Shown: positions 27,658 through 35,757 of the stretch, piece by piece
Position numbering within the stretch: position 1 is the stretch's first letter
How the letters are laid out: each line of letters starts with the position of its first letter
DNA from: a virus
Taxonomy: Duplodnaviria; Caudoviricetes
IMG/VR virus record: IMGVR_UViG_3300032292_000823
Coordinates: 1-35,757 of that record
Strand: one strand, 5' to 3'
DNA: 35,757 bases
Made by a program: the position numbers and the translations under genes
Notes under the pieces: generated by a model
Seen by the model: only the letters and a program-made list of their open reading frames with translations
Told to the model about the DNA's origin: nothing
Databases searched by the model: none

Positions 27658-27795
27658 ATGGATCCCACCACCCTGGCAATCGGCGCGATCGTGGTCGCTG
27701 CTGGCTCTGAGATCATCGGCCTTCTGCCGATCAAAGCCAACACCTGGATCCAGTTGCTGCTTCAGATTGCGCGGCTGGTTTTCCCAAAGCTCTGA
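27658..27795 (+). CDS. putative holin-like small membrane protein (45 aa)
   Basis: Translated by hand: MDPTTLAIGAIVVAAGSEIIGLLPIKANTWIQLLLQIARLVFPKL; upstream of lytic enzymes. Confidence 0.65.
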   Translation: MDPTTLAIGAIVVAAGSEIIGLLPIKANTWIQLLLQIARLVFPKL

Positions 27796-27978
27796 AGCGG
27801 GATGCGGAGATTCGGGCGGATGTGACGGCTGCGATTGAGCAGTACGAACAAGCACTTCCCCCCGAACCCCCAACCCCCGAGCCCCTCTATATAGAGCATC
27901 CCATTGCTGCTGAGCAGACCGGCGCCAGCCTCGACCTTGGCGGTGGGATGGAGTTAAGAGCACCCTGGTTTAATCCTG

Positions 27979-28683
27979 ATGACCAACTTTCTTGATGCCG
28001 CCCGGTGGACGGATCGTTCACAACCTGAACCCCATCAAGTACAAGCTTGGGAGCAAGCATGGGAGGCATTTGACCCTGCCCAGCGCGAGGCATTTCTAGA
28101 AACCTTTCGCGGCACTACCGCAACCCGCCCGCCGGGGATTAGGGAACGGGGTCCTCTGAGTGTTCCTTTTTACAGCCAGCGCGACTCACGCATTGCGGGG
28201 CAGGCAAACCGCATGTGCTTCAGCAGCTCCTGCGCGATGCTCACCAGTTTCCTGCGCCCCGAAGCCCTTAGCGGCCCGGACGCAGACGACCGCTACCTGC
28301 GGCGCCTCCAAGATTTCGGCGACACCACCCAAGCCAACGCCCAGCTCCAAACCCTGAAAAGCTTTGGCATCACTGCCAAGTTCGTGACCACAGCCGACAT
28401 TGGCGACCTAGCGCGTCAGCTAATGCGAGGCGTCCCCATCCCCTGCGGCTTTAAGCACCAAGGCCCCCACACCAGCCCCAGCGGCACGGGCCATTGGCTA
28501 TGCGTCAAGGGTCTATCGGCAACGCACCTGATTGCCAACGATCCCTTCGGCCAGCTGGACTTGTCCTCCGGCCAGTACGTCAGCTCCCACGGCAACGGTG
28601 TTGCCTACAACCTCAACCAGTGGAGACCGCGTTGGCTGGTGGAGGGACCTCGCAGCGGGTGGGCAATCATCGCGGAGCCGTAA
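27979..28683 (+). CDS. C39-like cysteine peptidase (cell wall hydrolase candidate)
   Basis: VPFYSQRD..CFSSSCAM..GHW..NDPFG gives a Cys-His-Asp triad. Confidence 0.8.
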   Translation: MTNFLDAARWTDRSQPEPHQVQAWEQAWEAFDPAQREAFLETFRGTTATRPPGIRERGPLSVPFYSQRDSRIAGQANRMCFSSSCAMLTSFLRPEALSGPDADDRYLRRLQDFGDTTQANAQLQTLKSFGITAKFVTTADIGDLARQLMRGVPIPCGFKHQGPHTSPSGTGHWLCVKGLSATHLIANDPFGQLDLSSGQYVSSHGNGVAYNLNQWRPRWLVEGPRSGWAIIAEP

Positions 28684-29321
28684 TGAACGACAAACCGATC
28701 ACCCTTGCCGCGCTGTTCCGCTTCAACAGGCGGCTGCCCCACCAGTTAGCCGCAATCTCCGAGCTGGAGCTGGACCTGTTGGCCAACGGCTACGGCATTG
28801 CGATGCGGCGCGACCGTCCCTGGTTTGCCACTTGGTCGCAAGCCGGCAAGCAAACGGATCTCGCAGCGGGCCTGGACCTAATCCGTAAGTACGAGGGCTG
28901 CCGGCTTAAGTCCTACCCCGACCCCGGCACTGGCGGATCCCCTTGGACAATCGGCTTTGGCAACACCCGTTACACAGACGGCAGGGCTGTGCAACCGGGG
29001 GATGTAATCACGCAAGCGCAAGCCGACGCCATGTTGGCCCACGAAGTCCAGACCACCTGCAACAAACTCGCCAAGACCATCCCCCATTGGAAGGAGATGA
29101 ATGCGAATCAGCAGGGAGCCCTGTTGAGCTTTGCGTTCAACGTGGGCCACAACTTCTTTGGCAGCGGACAGTTCAACACCATCACCCGTGCGTTGAAGGA
29201 GAAGCGTTGGGCGGACATCCCAGACGCGCTCTACCTGTATCGCAACCCCGGCTCCCGCGTGGAAGCCGGTCTCGCCAAACGCCGCAAGCAAGAAGGACAC
29301 CTATGGATCACACCGCCGTGA
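28683..29321 (+). CDS. endolysin, GH24 phage lysozyme
   Basis: EGCRLKSYPDPGTGGSPWTIGFG, ALLSFAFNVG, GLAKRRKQE; likely start is the TAATG overlap at 28683. Confidence 0.92.
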   Translation: MNDKPITLAALFRFNRRLPHQLAAISELELDLLANGYGIAMRRDRPWFATWSQAGKQTDLAAGLDLIRKYEGCRLKSYPDPGTGGSPWTIGFGNTRYTDGRAVQPGDVITQAQADAMLAHEVQTTCNKLAKTIPHWKEMNANQQGALLSFAFNVGHNFFGSGQFNTITRALKEKRWADIPDALYLYRNPGSRVEAGLAKRRKQEGHLWITPP

Positions 29322-29536
29322 AGACCCAATACCTAGTGGATGTGAAGCTTCAGTTCATCCTGGACAGCTACGAGGACGCAAACGAAATCGCCGAAAACGT
29401 CTACAGCCGATGCGCCGACTTCGCCTACTCGGAAGATCACCTCCTCCAACTGGAGGTTATCCCGTGTCCCATTCCACCCATCACCACCGACGATGGATCA
29501 CGCGATCTGCGAGACGCACCTGCTCACCAAACGTGA
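29318..29536 (+). CDS. hypothetical protein (72 aa)
   Basis: GTGA overlap with lysozyme stop; globular-looking translation. Confidence 0.55.
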   Translation: MKTQYLVDVKLQFILDSYEDANEIAENVYSRCADFAYSEDHLLQLEVIPCPIPPITTDDGSRDLRDAPAHQT

Positions 29537-29849
29537 CGCGAAGAAACGGTTCAGGGACTGTATTTTTGAAGCCTGGTGCGGCTGCTGCGCCTACTGCAAT
29601 CGCGCAGGCGCCCAGACGCTCGACCACATAAAGCCACGCTCACGCGGCGGCAGCACCAACACCACCAACCTCGTACCCGCCTGCAGTGAATGCAACCGGC
29701 GCAAGGGAAGTGAGGAGGTGTTCAGTTGGTTCCGTCGCCAGCCCCAGTGGACGGCAGACCGGGAGGCCGACATTTTGCTATGGATACACCAGCACTATCA
29801 CATAGATAGTGGCACATTATTTCTGCTTGCCACTGCTGAGTGTGGGTGA
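29493..29849 (+). CDS. HNH endonuclease
   Basis: [30 protein letters not shown]. Confidence 0.92.
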   Translation: MDHAICETHLLTKRDAKKRFRDCIFEAWCGCCAYCNRAGAQTLDHIKPRSRGGSTNTTNLVPACSECNRRKGSEEVFSWFRRQPQWTADREADILLWIHQHYHIDSGTLFLLATAECG

Positions 29850-29925
29850 AGCGCATCCCCCTGCCTTCAACCACCCAAATCAGGGTGCCATTGTGGTCTA
29901 ATTCGGCTCGCATTTCAGGGTCCAT
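29722..29925 (-). CDS. hypothetical protein ([13 protein letters not shown]...)
   Basis: Fills the gap on the minus strand; 3' end overlaps HNH gene; start uncertain. Confidence 0.45.
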   Translation of the reverse strand: MDPEMRAELDHNGTLIWVVEGRGMRFTHTQQWQAEIMCHYLCDSAGVSIAKCRPPGLPSTGAGDGTN

Positions 29926-29961
29926 GAGGTCTCGATAGGCTGGTGTGTACGCACAGGTGCA

Positions 29962-30255
29962 ATGGCAGACCAGCCAAAAAGCTGGATGGACATTGAAGTT
30001 CCACTGAGCAAAGAGCTGCAGTTGGAACAGACGCTGCGTGAGGTCAGCCAGCACCCTGATACCGACAAGGTTAGGGCGCTGACCGCCTCACTGATCCGCC
30101 AGAACTTCTACCAACAGCAACTGCTCAACAACGCAATCCTGCACATTTCAGAGCTGGAGACGTTGGTGTTTCTAGGGGCCTCAGCGGACGCCGATGAGCT
30201 GCCCTTCTTTATGAAACTGGCTAAGGAGATTTGCGACGAGCTGGGTGTTGGTTGA
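29962..30255 (+). CDS. hypothetical helical protein
   Basis: 97 aa amphipathic ORF with a TAGGCT box upstream. Confidence 0.6.
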   Translation: MADQPKSWMDIEVPLSKELQLEQTLREVSQHPDTDKVRALTASLIRQNFYQQQLLNNAILHISELETLVFLGASADADELPFFMKLAKEICDELGVG

Positions 30256-31146
30256 CCGCTGTGCCGTATTCATAAATACGCGCAGTTTGCGCAGGGCGCG
30301 ACCTTCGGCATGTTGGACCGTCGTTCTCGACACCCCCAGCAAGTGAGCCACCTGCCCCAGGGTACGAGTTTCGTGATAGTCGAGGCCGTTCCGCAGGACA
30401 ACCACCTCCCGCTCCCGTTGCGACAACTGGGCTAGGCCCGCATCGAGGAACGTGTAGTCGTTCTCGATCTTGTCGTATGCGTCTTCCGCATTGGGGTCGC
30501 TAATTACGTTGCACAGCTGAACGCCATCATCCGTGATTTGCCCATCCAATGAGGATGGACGTTGAGTGCGAATGAAGAGTGTCGCCAATTCATCAGGCGA
30601 CATTTTTAGAGCCCCCGCCAGCTCAACACGGGTGGGCTGCCTCCCCAGCTCCTTACTCAGCTCCTCCGTTTTGCGTCTGATCATCGGCAACTTCTCAGAG
30701 AAAGAAGAAGGGATTTTGATTGCCAGATCCTTAACGGAGATCGCCCGTGTAATGCCCTGGCGAATCCACCAATAACAGTAGGTAGAGAAGCGGTAACCAC
30801 GCTGGGGGTCAAACAGCTCAACCGCCCGCACCAACCCCATGGATCCCTCCTGGATGAGGTCCAGCAAGCTGAGGTGCCTGACCCGCCGGGAGTAGCGCTT
30901 GGCGATGCTGACCACCAGTCGGAGGTTGGCCCGGATCATCTGCTCACGCGCTTTTGCGCCGATCCGCAGGGTGCGCCGCTGGGTGGGGGTGAGCTTTTGC
31001 CCCTCCGCCAGCCCATCTTGCAGCTCCTTAGCAGCTTGAATCTGCCGCCCCAGTAACAATTCCTGCTCTGGTGAAAGCAACGGATAGCGTCCAATATCGT
31101 TTAGATAGGACTGCATTGTTGATTCAGTTGCCACTCTTTCCCTCAT
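30181..31146 (-). CDS. RpoD/group 2-like sigma70 factor
   Basis: Regions 1.2 (YLNDIGRYPLL), 2 (NLRLVVSIAKRY, DLIQEG, FDPQRGYRFSTYCYWWIRQGI), 3 and 4 (TLGQVAHLLGVSR) all present. Confidence 0.95.
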   Translation of the reverse strand: MRERVATESTMQSYLNDIGRYPLLSPEQELLLGRQIQAAKELQDGLAEGQKLTPTQRRTLRIGAKAREQMIRANLRLVVSIAKRYSRRVRHLSLLDLIQEGSMGLVRAVELFDPQRGYRFSTYCYWWIRQGITRAISVKDLAIKIPSSFSEKLPMIRRKTEELSKELGRQPTRVELAGALKMSPDELATLFIRTQRPSSLDGQITDDGVQLCNVISDPNAEDAYDKIENDYTFLDAGLAQLSQREREVVVLRNGLDYHETRTLGQVAHLLGVSRTTVQHAEGRALRKLRVFMNTAQRSTNTQLVANLLSQFHKEGQLIGVR

Positions 31147-31327
31147 TTAACGAGTTTTCCGCGCCCTGAACGGCGTACTTCAACTGGGCTGCAAACTCGT
31201 AGAGCGAGCGATTGCACACTGCAGGATGCTGAGCTGCTGCAAAGTGCAGCGCCTCGTCCACCACCTCCAGCAGCACCCCAGCCACCCCCTCAGTCGATTG
31301 GGCGGATTGATAACGGGAGATGGTCAC
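31124..31327 (-). CDS. hypothetical protein
   Basis: Overlap-coupled between thyX and sigma gene. Confidence 0.55.
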   Translation of the reverse strand: MTISRYQSAQSTEGVAGVLLEVVDEALHFAAAQHPAVCNRSLYEFAAQLKYAVQGAENSLNEGKSGN

Positions 31328-31962
31328 TCAGCCCCCTCGCCAAAAGCCGCTTCTGCGATCACCGGGAATTGCACACTGAAGATGCGTTTGCATTCCTCCG
31401 CAATGAGGCGGTGCTCCAGCTGGGTGGACACGTCGGTTCGGACCTGGATGTAGTGGATCCAAGTTCGCAGTGTGGCGTTCGCGTAAATCGTGGTCGGGGT
31501 GCATAGCGGCAAGATGCGCCTGGCTGTCTCCCGTGCCACCCCCTTCTCCAGCAAGTCGTAGTACAGGCGATAGGAATCAACAATGACCTTACCTGCTGCT
31601 TCGCCAAATGCTTTCTGCGCTTGCTCGCTGTAGTCATCGAATGACGATTGGCGATTCTGCGTGTCCTGGCGCCGGAAGTGCGGGACCTCAGCAACGGAGC
31701 TACGGGCGTAGCGGGTGGAGAACTCCTGAAAGCCACTAAAGCTCTGGTGGCGCAGGATCTGAGCAGCAATGTCCCGCTCGGTCTCGATCCGAACGCACAT
31801 GTTCGCCATCTGGAAGGGCGACCAATGTTTGTGCTGGATGAGGTAGCGGATCAGCCGTGGGGCAGTTTCGTCGTTGTTTTGGTTGGCTGGGTTGCTGACC
31901 CGAGCCATCATTGCGATGAGCGCCTCGGCGCCATCGGTGCGGTGGACAAGTGTGACACTCAT
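31324..31962 (-). CDS. thyX: flavin-dependent thymidylate synthase
   Basis: ARVSNP, HWSPF, QILRH..FQEFS.RY, ARETARRILP, TQLEHR. Confidence 0.92.
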   Translation of the reverse strand: MSVTLVHRTDGAEALIAMMARVSNPANQNNDETAPRLIRYLIQHKHWSPFQMANMCVRIETERDIAAQILRHQSFSGFQEFSTRYARSSVAEVPHFRRQDTQNRQSSFDDYSEQAQKAFGEAAGKVIVDSYRLYYDLLEKGVARETARRILPLCTPTTIYANATLRTWIHYIQVRTDVSTQLEHRLIAEECKRIFSVQFPVIAEAAFGEGAE

Positions 31963-32171
31963 GCTGTGAATTTGACCTTTTGGAAATCAGGGGTACGTCG
32001 GAGGTCTTGATTGCCTACCCACTTGAATGCGCAACGGGGGATCATTACTTCACAGGTGTAAAACTTTTTACTGCAGTGTTTACACTTGCGCTGTCTGATC
32101 ACCGATTCCGGTGCGTCGTGCTTAGACATCTCGACCTTGAGCAGCGAACCGAAGCAGTGGGGGCACTTCAT
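31959..32171 (-). CDS. NrdR-like zinc-ribbon protein
   Basis: MKCPHC...RQRKCKHC..KFYTCE. Confidence 0.7.
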   Translation of the reverse strand: MKCPHCFGSLLKVEMSKHDAPESVIRQRKCKHCSKKFYTCEVMIPRCAFKWVGNQDLRRTPDFQKVKFTA

Positions 32172-32692
32172 TAGTAGATGCCCTTGCTCGGTTGGACAGA
32201 TGGGTAGTTGTTGTACCTGCCCACCTCCCGGTAAGAGCGTTCAGGTTCACTGTCCATCCGCATGACCACCAGTTGGCCAATGGGCATCCCTTCCCAGATG
32301 GCGACCGGGTGAACCCGGCGCACGTTTTTCAGCTCCAGCGTCAAAACGCTGTTGTTGAAACCGGGGTCAATGAAGCCTGCTTGCAGGTGCTGCAACCCAC
32401 GCCGGGCACAACTGCTGCGCAAGATGAACTGAGCGCAATAGCTGTCTGGGATGTGGAATCGCTCGATGGTGTGCCCCAGGATGAACTCCATGGGCATTAA
32501 CCAGTGGGGAGCATGGGGCTCAGTGCCCACGATGCTCTTCTTCACCAGATCACTGGTCTGGGGATACTCCACGAGAATTGTGGGTCCCAATCTGAGATCA
32601 ATGGAGGCGGGTCCAATCCGCTTCTCCTCGTAGCCCTCAAGCATCCCCTCAGCGCACAGGCGGCGCAGGGTGGTGTCGCAAAGGACCACCAT
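32171..32692 (-). CDS. dcd: dCTP deaminase
   Basis: PASIDLRLG, RSS.ARRGL, GFIDPGF, LTLEL, IGQLV, GRY. Confidence 0.9.
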   Translation of the reverse strand: MVVLCDTTLRRLCAEGMLEGYEEKRIGPASIDLRLGPTILVEYPQTSDLVKKSIVGTEPHAPHWLMPMEFILGHTIERFHIPDSYCAQFILRSSCARRGLQHLQAGFIDPGFNNSVLTLELKNVRRVHPVAIWEGMPIGQLVVMRMDSEPERSYREVGRYNNYPSVQPSKGIY

Positions 32693-32859
32693 CAGGCCTT
32701 ACCCCCTGTGGTTCCCCGCACCTGCTGAAGCAGTGTCTGGGTTTGGAGGGCTGAGATGTAGTCCGCAAACGCGACGTGGGTCATAACGACTTGCGAGGGA
32801 GGTTTGGCGTTGGGGTACGACTCCCGCCACCACTGCAGGAAAAGCTCTTCAGTCGTCAT
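32692..32859 (-). CDS. hypothetical protein (MTTEELFLQWWRESYP...)
   Basis: GGAGG RBS before ATG 32859; coupled to dcd. Confidence 0.6.
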   Translation of the reverse strand: MTTEELFLQWWRESYPNAKPPSQVVMTHVAFADYISALQTQTLLQQVRGTTGGKA

Positions 32860-33010
32860 CGCCCACCTCCTGTTGGCGGTAGATCTCGGCCAGGCCGCAA
32901 TAAAGGCCGTGCATCGGGTGGGAACGCTCGTGGCGCCCATCCAGCTCGTACCAAGTTTCGAGAAGGTCTTGCACAGCGTTTTGCTGCACGGGGTCGCATT
33001 GGTTGCTCAC
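32849..33010 (-). CDS. hypothetical protein (53 aa, ...WYELDGRHERSHPMHGLYCGL...)
   Basis: Translated by hand; GTGA overlap with upstream gene; fills the gap. Confidence 0.6.
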   Translation of the reverse strand: MSNQCDPVQQNAVQDLLETWYELDGRHERSHPMHGLYCGLAEIYRQQEVGDDD

Positions 33011-33240
33011 AGGCCGTTCCGGGTGGCTTCTAGCTGTGCCACAGAAGCGACGCCACGCACTGCGTCCGAGATGGCCTTGATGGCGGTGGTCAGCTCCTCA
33101 ATGTCGTGTACGGAATGCGCAGCGGACTGATCAATTTGTGCATCACTAAGGCGGTTGATCAGCTGCATAAGTGCTGATGTGTGCCGCACACACTCCTCGA
33201 TGGCAGCTGAGAACCCGTTCAGGGCAAGGTTTTTGGACAT
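33007..33240 (-). CDS. hypothetical helical protein
   Basis: AGAGGA RBS before ATG 33240. Confidence 0.6.
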   Translation of the reverse strand: MSKNLALNGFSAAIEECVRHTSALMQLINRLSDAQIDQSAAHSVHDIEELTTAIKAISDAVRGVASVAQLEATRNGL

Positions 33241-33309
33241 GGTTCCTCTGAGGACTTGCTGAGAGTACCGCACCACCCGTGGAACGCAAGTGGCTTTAGC
33301 CTCTGTCCC

Positions 33310-34608
33310 ATGGGACAAAAGCTGCGAATCGGTTACTGCCGTGTTTCCACCGCGACGGGGGAGCAGGCAGCCGCCCTTATCAACCAACGCTCAAGGGTTG
33401 AGGCGTCAGGTGTTGCGGAGATCATCGAAGACATTGAAAGTGGGCTATCCCAGGAGCGCAAGGGCTACGTCGAGTTGCTGCGCCGGATCGCCACTAAAAG
33501 CATCAGTGAAATAGTCGTCACTCGATTAGATCGCCTAGGCAGGGATGCCGCCGCAACCGACGCTTTCATCGCTATTGCGGCAAAGCACGGTGTCACCATC
33601 ACCTGTTTAGACGGCGGCACGGTCGAGGCCCAGTCACCCCAAGGCTTCTTGCTTGCTCGCATCGCCACCTCAATGGCTGAGGTGGAGTCGCGGATGCTGT
33701 CCATGCGGGTGAAGGCGGGCTATGCCGAGGGGCGCAAGAAGGCCCGCCCCCTGCGAGGTCGTGCCGCCTGGGGCTACGCGAAAAATGCAGACAACAGCGC
33801 TCTTATCCCTGATGCTGTGGAATGGAGCAGAGCGCAGCAGTTCGTTGCGTTGCTCAAAGAAGTCCACATGCGCACGAACACTGCGCTTGATGAGTGGCAC
33901 AAGCGAGGACTAGGACCAATACCTCTTAATTCGTGTCGTTCAGTCCGTGCATGGCTGCTCAATCCAACAATTCGTGGCGGTTTGGGCTATAACCAACTCC
34001 CGAACCACACCTATGAGACGGTGGTCTGGGACACCCACCCCCCACTCATAACCCATACAGAATTTGGAGTGTTCGAGCGCCAGCTCAAAGACAACGCCCG
34101 TCGCTGGGGACATGTGGCCAACACAACACCACGCCTCCTAACTGGACTCTGCGTCTGCTCTGGCTGCGGGCGCAAGATGACCTATGCGGGTTCGCGCCGC
34201 ATCGCCAGCGTCATCTGCAAATCCCGCGAATGCGAGCAGCGCTACAAGAGCACCCACGAAGACGTGGTGCGGGCAGCGATTAACCAGGCCCTGTCAGAGC
34301 GAGCTGCCGATGTTGCCGCTCGGGTTCACCAGCAAAACCCCGAAGAACTTCAGCTTCTGAACCAGATCGCCGAGCTTGAGGCAAAAGGGGATCCAGACCT
34401 CCAACCAGCGATAGACCTAAAACGAGAGCGCCTGCGAGCGTTGGCGCAGAAGCAGGGCCCCGACCCACAGCTACTAGCGGCTTTTTCCGACCCAGCGGTT
34501 TTTGACCACTTTGAGTCGTTTGAGGAGCTACGTCAGGTGTACCTAGCTTTTGTGCAGCAGGTAGACATTCGGATGCAACAGGTGGAAGCAGTGGCTCTGC
34601 GCCTGTAA
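33310..34608 (+). CDS. large serine recombinase (integrase)
   Basis: GYCRVST catalytic Ser, ESG, RLDRLGR, recombinase domain, LLTGLCVCSGCG zinc ribbon, coiled coil; likely ATG 33310. Confidence 0.93.
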   Translation: MGQKLRIGYCRVSTATGEQAAALINQRSRVEASGVAEIIEDIESGLSQERKGYVELLRRIATKSISEIVVTRLDRLGRDAAATDAFIAIAAKHGVTITCLDGGTVEAQSPQGFLLARIATSMAEVESRMLSMRVKAGYAEGRKKARPLRGRAAWGYAKNADNSALIPDAVEWSRAQQFVALLKEVHMRTNTALDEWHKRGLGPIPLNSCRSVRAWLLNPTIRGGLGYNQLPNHTYETVVWDTHPPLITHTEFGVFERQLKDNARRWGHVANTTPRLLTGLCVCSGCGRKMTYAGSRRIASVICKSRECEQRYKSTHEDVVRAAINQALSERAADVAARVHQQNPEELQLLNQIAELEAKGDPDLQPAIDLKRERLRALAQKQGPDPQLLAAFSDPAVFDHFESFEELRQVYLAFVQQVDIRMQQVEAVALRL

Positions 34609-34713
34609 GAAAGCGTTCTGCTGCACCCTGCAGCACTTGGGACAGGTCTTTTATTGCTACGACCTCGATTGGGTCACCTAGCGTACCTGTCAAGGGGGTT
34701 GACATGTAGTTCT

Positions 34714-35757
34714 TCACTTATCACCCCAACTCGAAACGATTCCGCCTTCGGCTTTCAGGCAGACCGCATCCCCGACCATTGGCCTAGCGGCATCTTCCAT
34801 CTCGCCAACAACAATCCCGAGCACTTCCTCCGCATCTTCTATGCGACACTCGCATAAAAGCTCGTCATGCACGACCGCAACAATCTTTGCCCCAGCCGGC
34901 AACGCACGGTGAATAGAGACCATGGCACATTTCATGATCCCAGCACAGGAGCCCTGCACATGGTTGTTGCTGTAGATCTGTACCCGGTTCTCCTCTCCGT
35001 ACAACTTGCGGCGCCAACCGATAGCCGTCCGCACCGGGTTGCCCCTATCGACCTGCTGCTGGCACCAGCGGTGCCATAACCCCACCTCGGGATAGGCCTC
35101 GTGCCACATCTTGTGAAAACCCTGCGCCTCCTTGAGCGTGATGTATAGGCCCAACGTTGCGAAGTATTGCTGAAGGCCCTTTGCAGCACTAGCGTAGGCC
35201 AAGCCAAAATTACATGCCTTCGCCGCAGTGCGCTGATCCTTAACCACGTCCGCGTCTGCCACCCCGTACATCAGCGCAGCAGTACGGGTGTGCAAATCCA
35301 CCCCAGTGTTGAACGCATCTAACATCGGAGCGCACTTAGTAGCAAACGCCAAATAGCGCAGCTCCATCGCGCTGTAGTCCGCCTGGATCATCGCCATCCC
35401 CGGCGAAGGGATAAACGCGCCGCGAAACTCCTTGTCACGGGGAATGTTCTGAAGGTTCGGGTTTGCACAACTGAAGCGAGATGTGGCTGTCTGCAATGGC
35501 ATGAACTGCGCCCTAATCCGCCCATCCGGCTGCACATTCTCGATCAGCTTTTTCGCCATCGTCGAACGCTTGTCCGCCTTTTTGAACGTCTCATACGCCC
35601 GGACAATCTCGTGATGCCGATACGTCGCCAGGTTCTTCTTATCCAGCGAGACCTTCCCCTGGTCATTAACCGGCATAATCCCCAGCACCTCCCAGTAGTT
35701 GGCGTTTTGCTGGACTGCGGAAATGTTGAAGCCAGCGTAAACTTTGGTGCCTAATCG
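34714..35757 (-). CDS. polA: DNA polymerase family A (3' part; continues beyond the window)
   Basis: T.TSRFSC.NPNLQNIP, motif A DYSAMELR, motif B KACNFGLAY, motif C VHDE; frame open to the window end. Confidence 0.95.
   Translation of the reverse strand, partial: RLGTKVYAGFNISAVQQNANYWEVLGIMPVNDQGKVSLDKKNLATYRHHEIVRAYETFKKADKRSTMAKKLIENVQPDGRIRAQFMPLQTATSRFSCANPNLQNIPRDKEFRGAFIPSPGMAMIQADYSAMELRYLAFATKCAPMLDAFNTGVDLHTRTAALMYGVADADVVKDQRTAAKACNFGLAYASAAKGLQQYFATLGLYITLKEAQGFHKMWHEAYPEVGLWHRWCQQQVDRGNPVRTAIGWRRKLYGEENRVQIYSNNHVQGSCAGIMKCAMVSIHRALPAGAKIVAVVHDELLCECRIEDAEEVLGIVVGEMEDAARPMVGDAVCLKAEGGIVSSWGDK

Noticed and set aside
28494-28682. Longer N-terminus for the lysozyme given by the ORF track
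   Set aside because: Overlaps the peptidase gene; the TAATG coupling at 28683 is the more plausible start
34280-34717. Minus-strand ORF downstream of polA
   Set aside because: Mostly antisense to the integrase 3' end with no recognisable motif; a short real gene or remnant from ATG 34705 cannot be excluded
1-35757. tRNA, rRNA, CRISPR array, intron or intein
   Set aside because: No cloverleaf or repeat-spacer pattern seen, intergenic gaps are short, and TerL and PolA motifs are contiguous; not checked with tRNAscan or Infernal

Overview
The window is most of the genome of a tailed dsDNA phage. It looks like a siphovirus, probably temperate, and probably infects a picocyanobacterium (Synechococcus/Cyanobium-like); the host is inferred from the gene families and the two cyanobacterial-type sigma factors. 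Bases 231-29.8 kb, mainly on the + strand, carry packaging, head, neck, tail, tail-fibre and lysis genes plus an HNH nuclease. Bases 29.9-35.7 kb, mainly on the - strand, carry an RpoD-like sigma factor, ThyX, dCTP deaminase, small ORFs, a large serine integrase (+ strand) and the 3' part of a family A DNA polymerase. No host genes are visible. The main find is an apparent self-contained late-transcription system. A 10-bp motif, GG(A/C)AAN(C/T)T(A/C)G, sits at 15 gene boundaries, always oriented with the downstream gene, including two divergent pairs and three copies only 3-4 nt before the ATG. A SigF/SigB-like sigma factor lacking region 4 is encoded among the structural genes. A second, palindromic motif (CCCTA-N2-TAGGG) precedes three genes that lack the first motif. 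Other signals are two candidate -1 frameshifts (a displaced tail chaperone and a holin-like gene), tandem CCGUG-loop hairpins at the start of the scaffold gene, and a ThyX with altered signature residues. All product calls come from motif recognition by eye; no database search was run.
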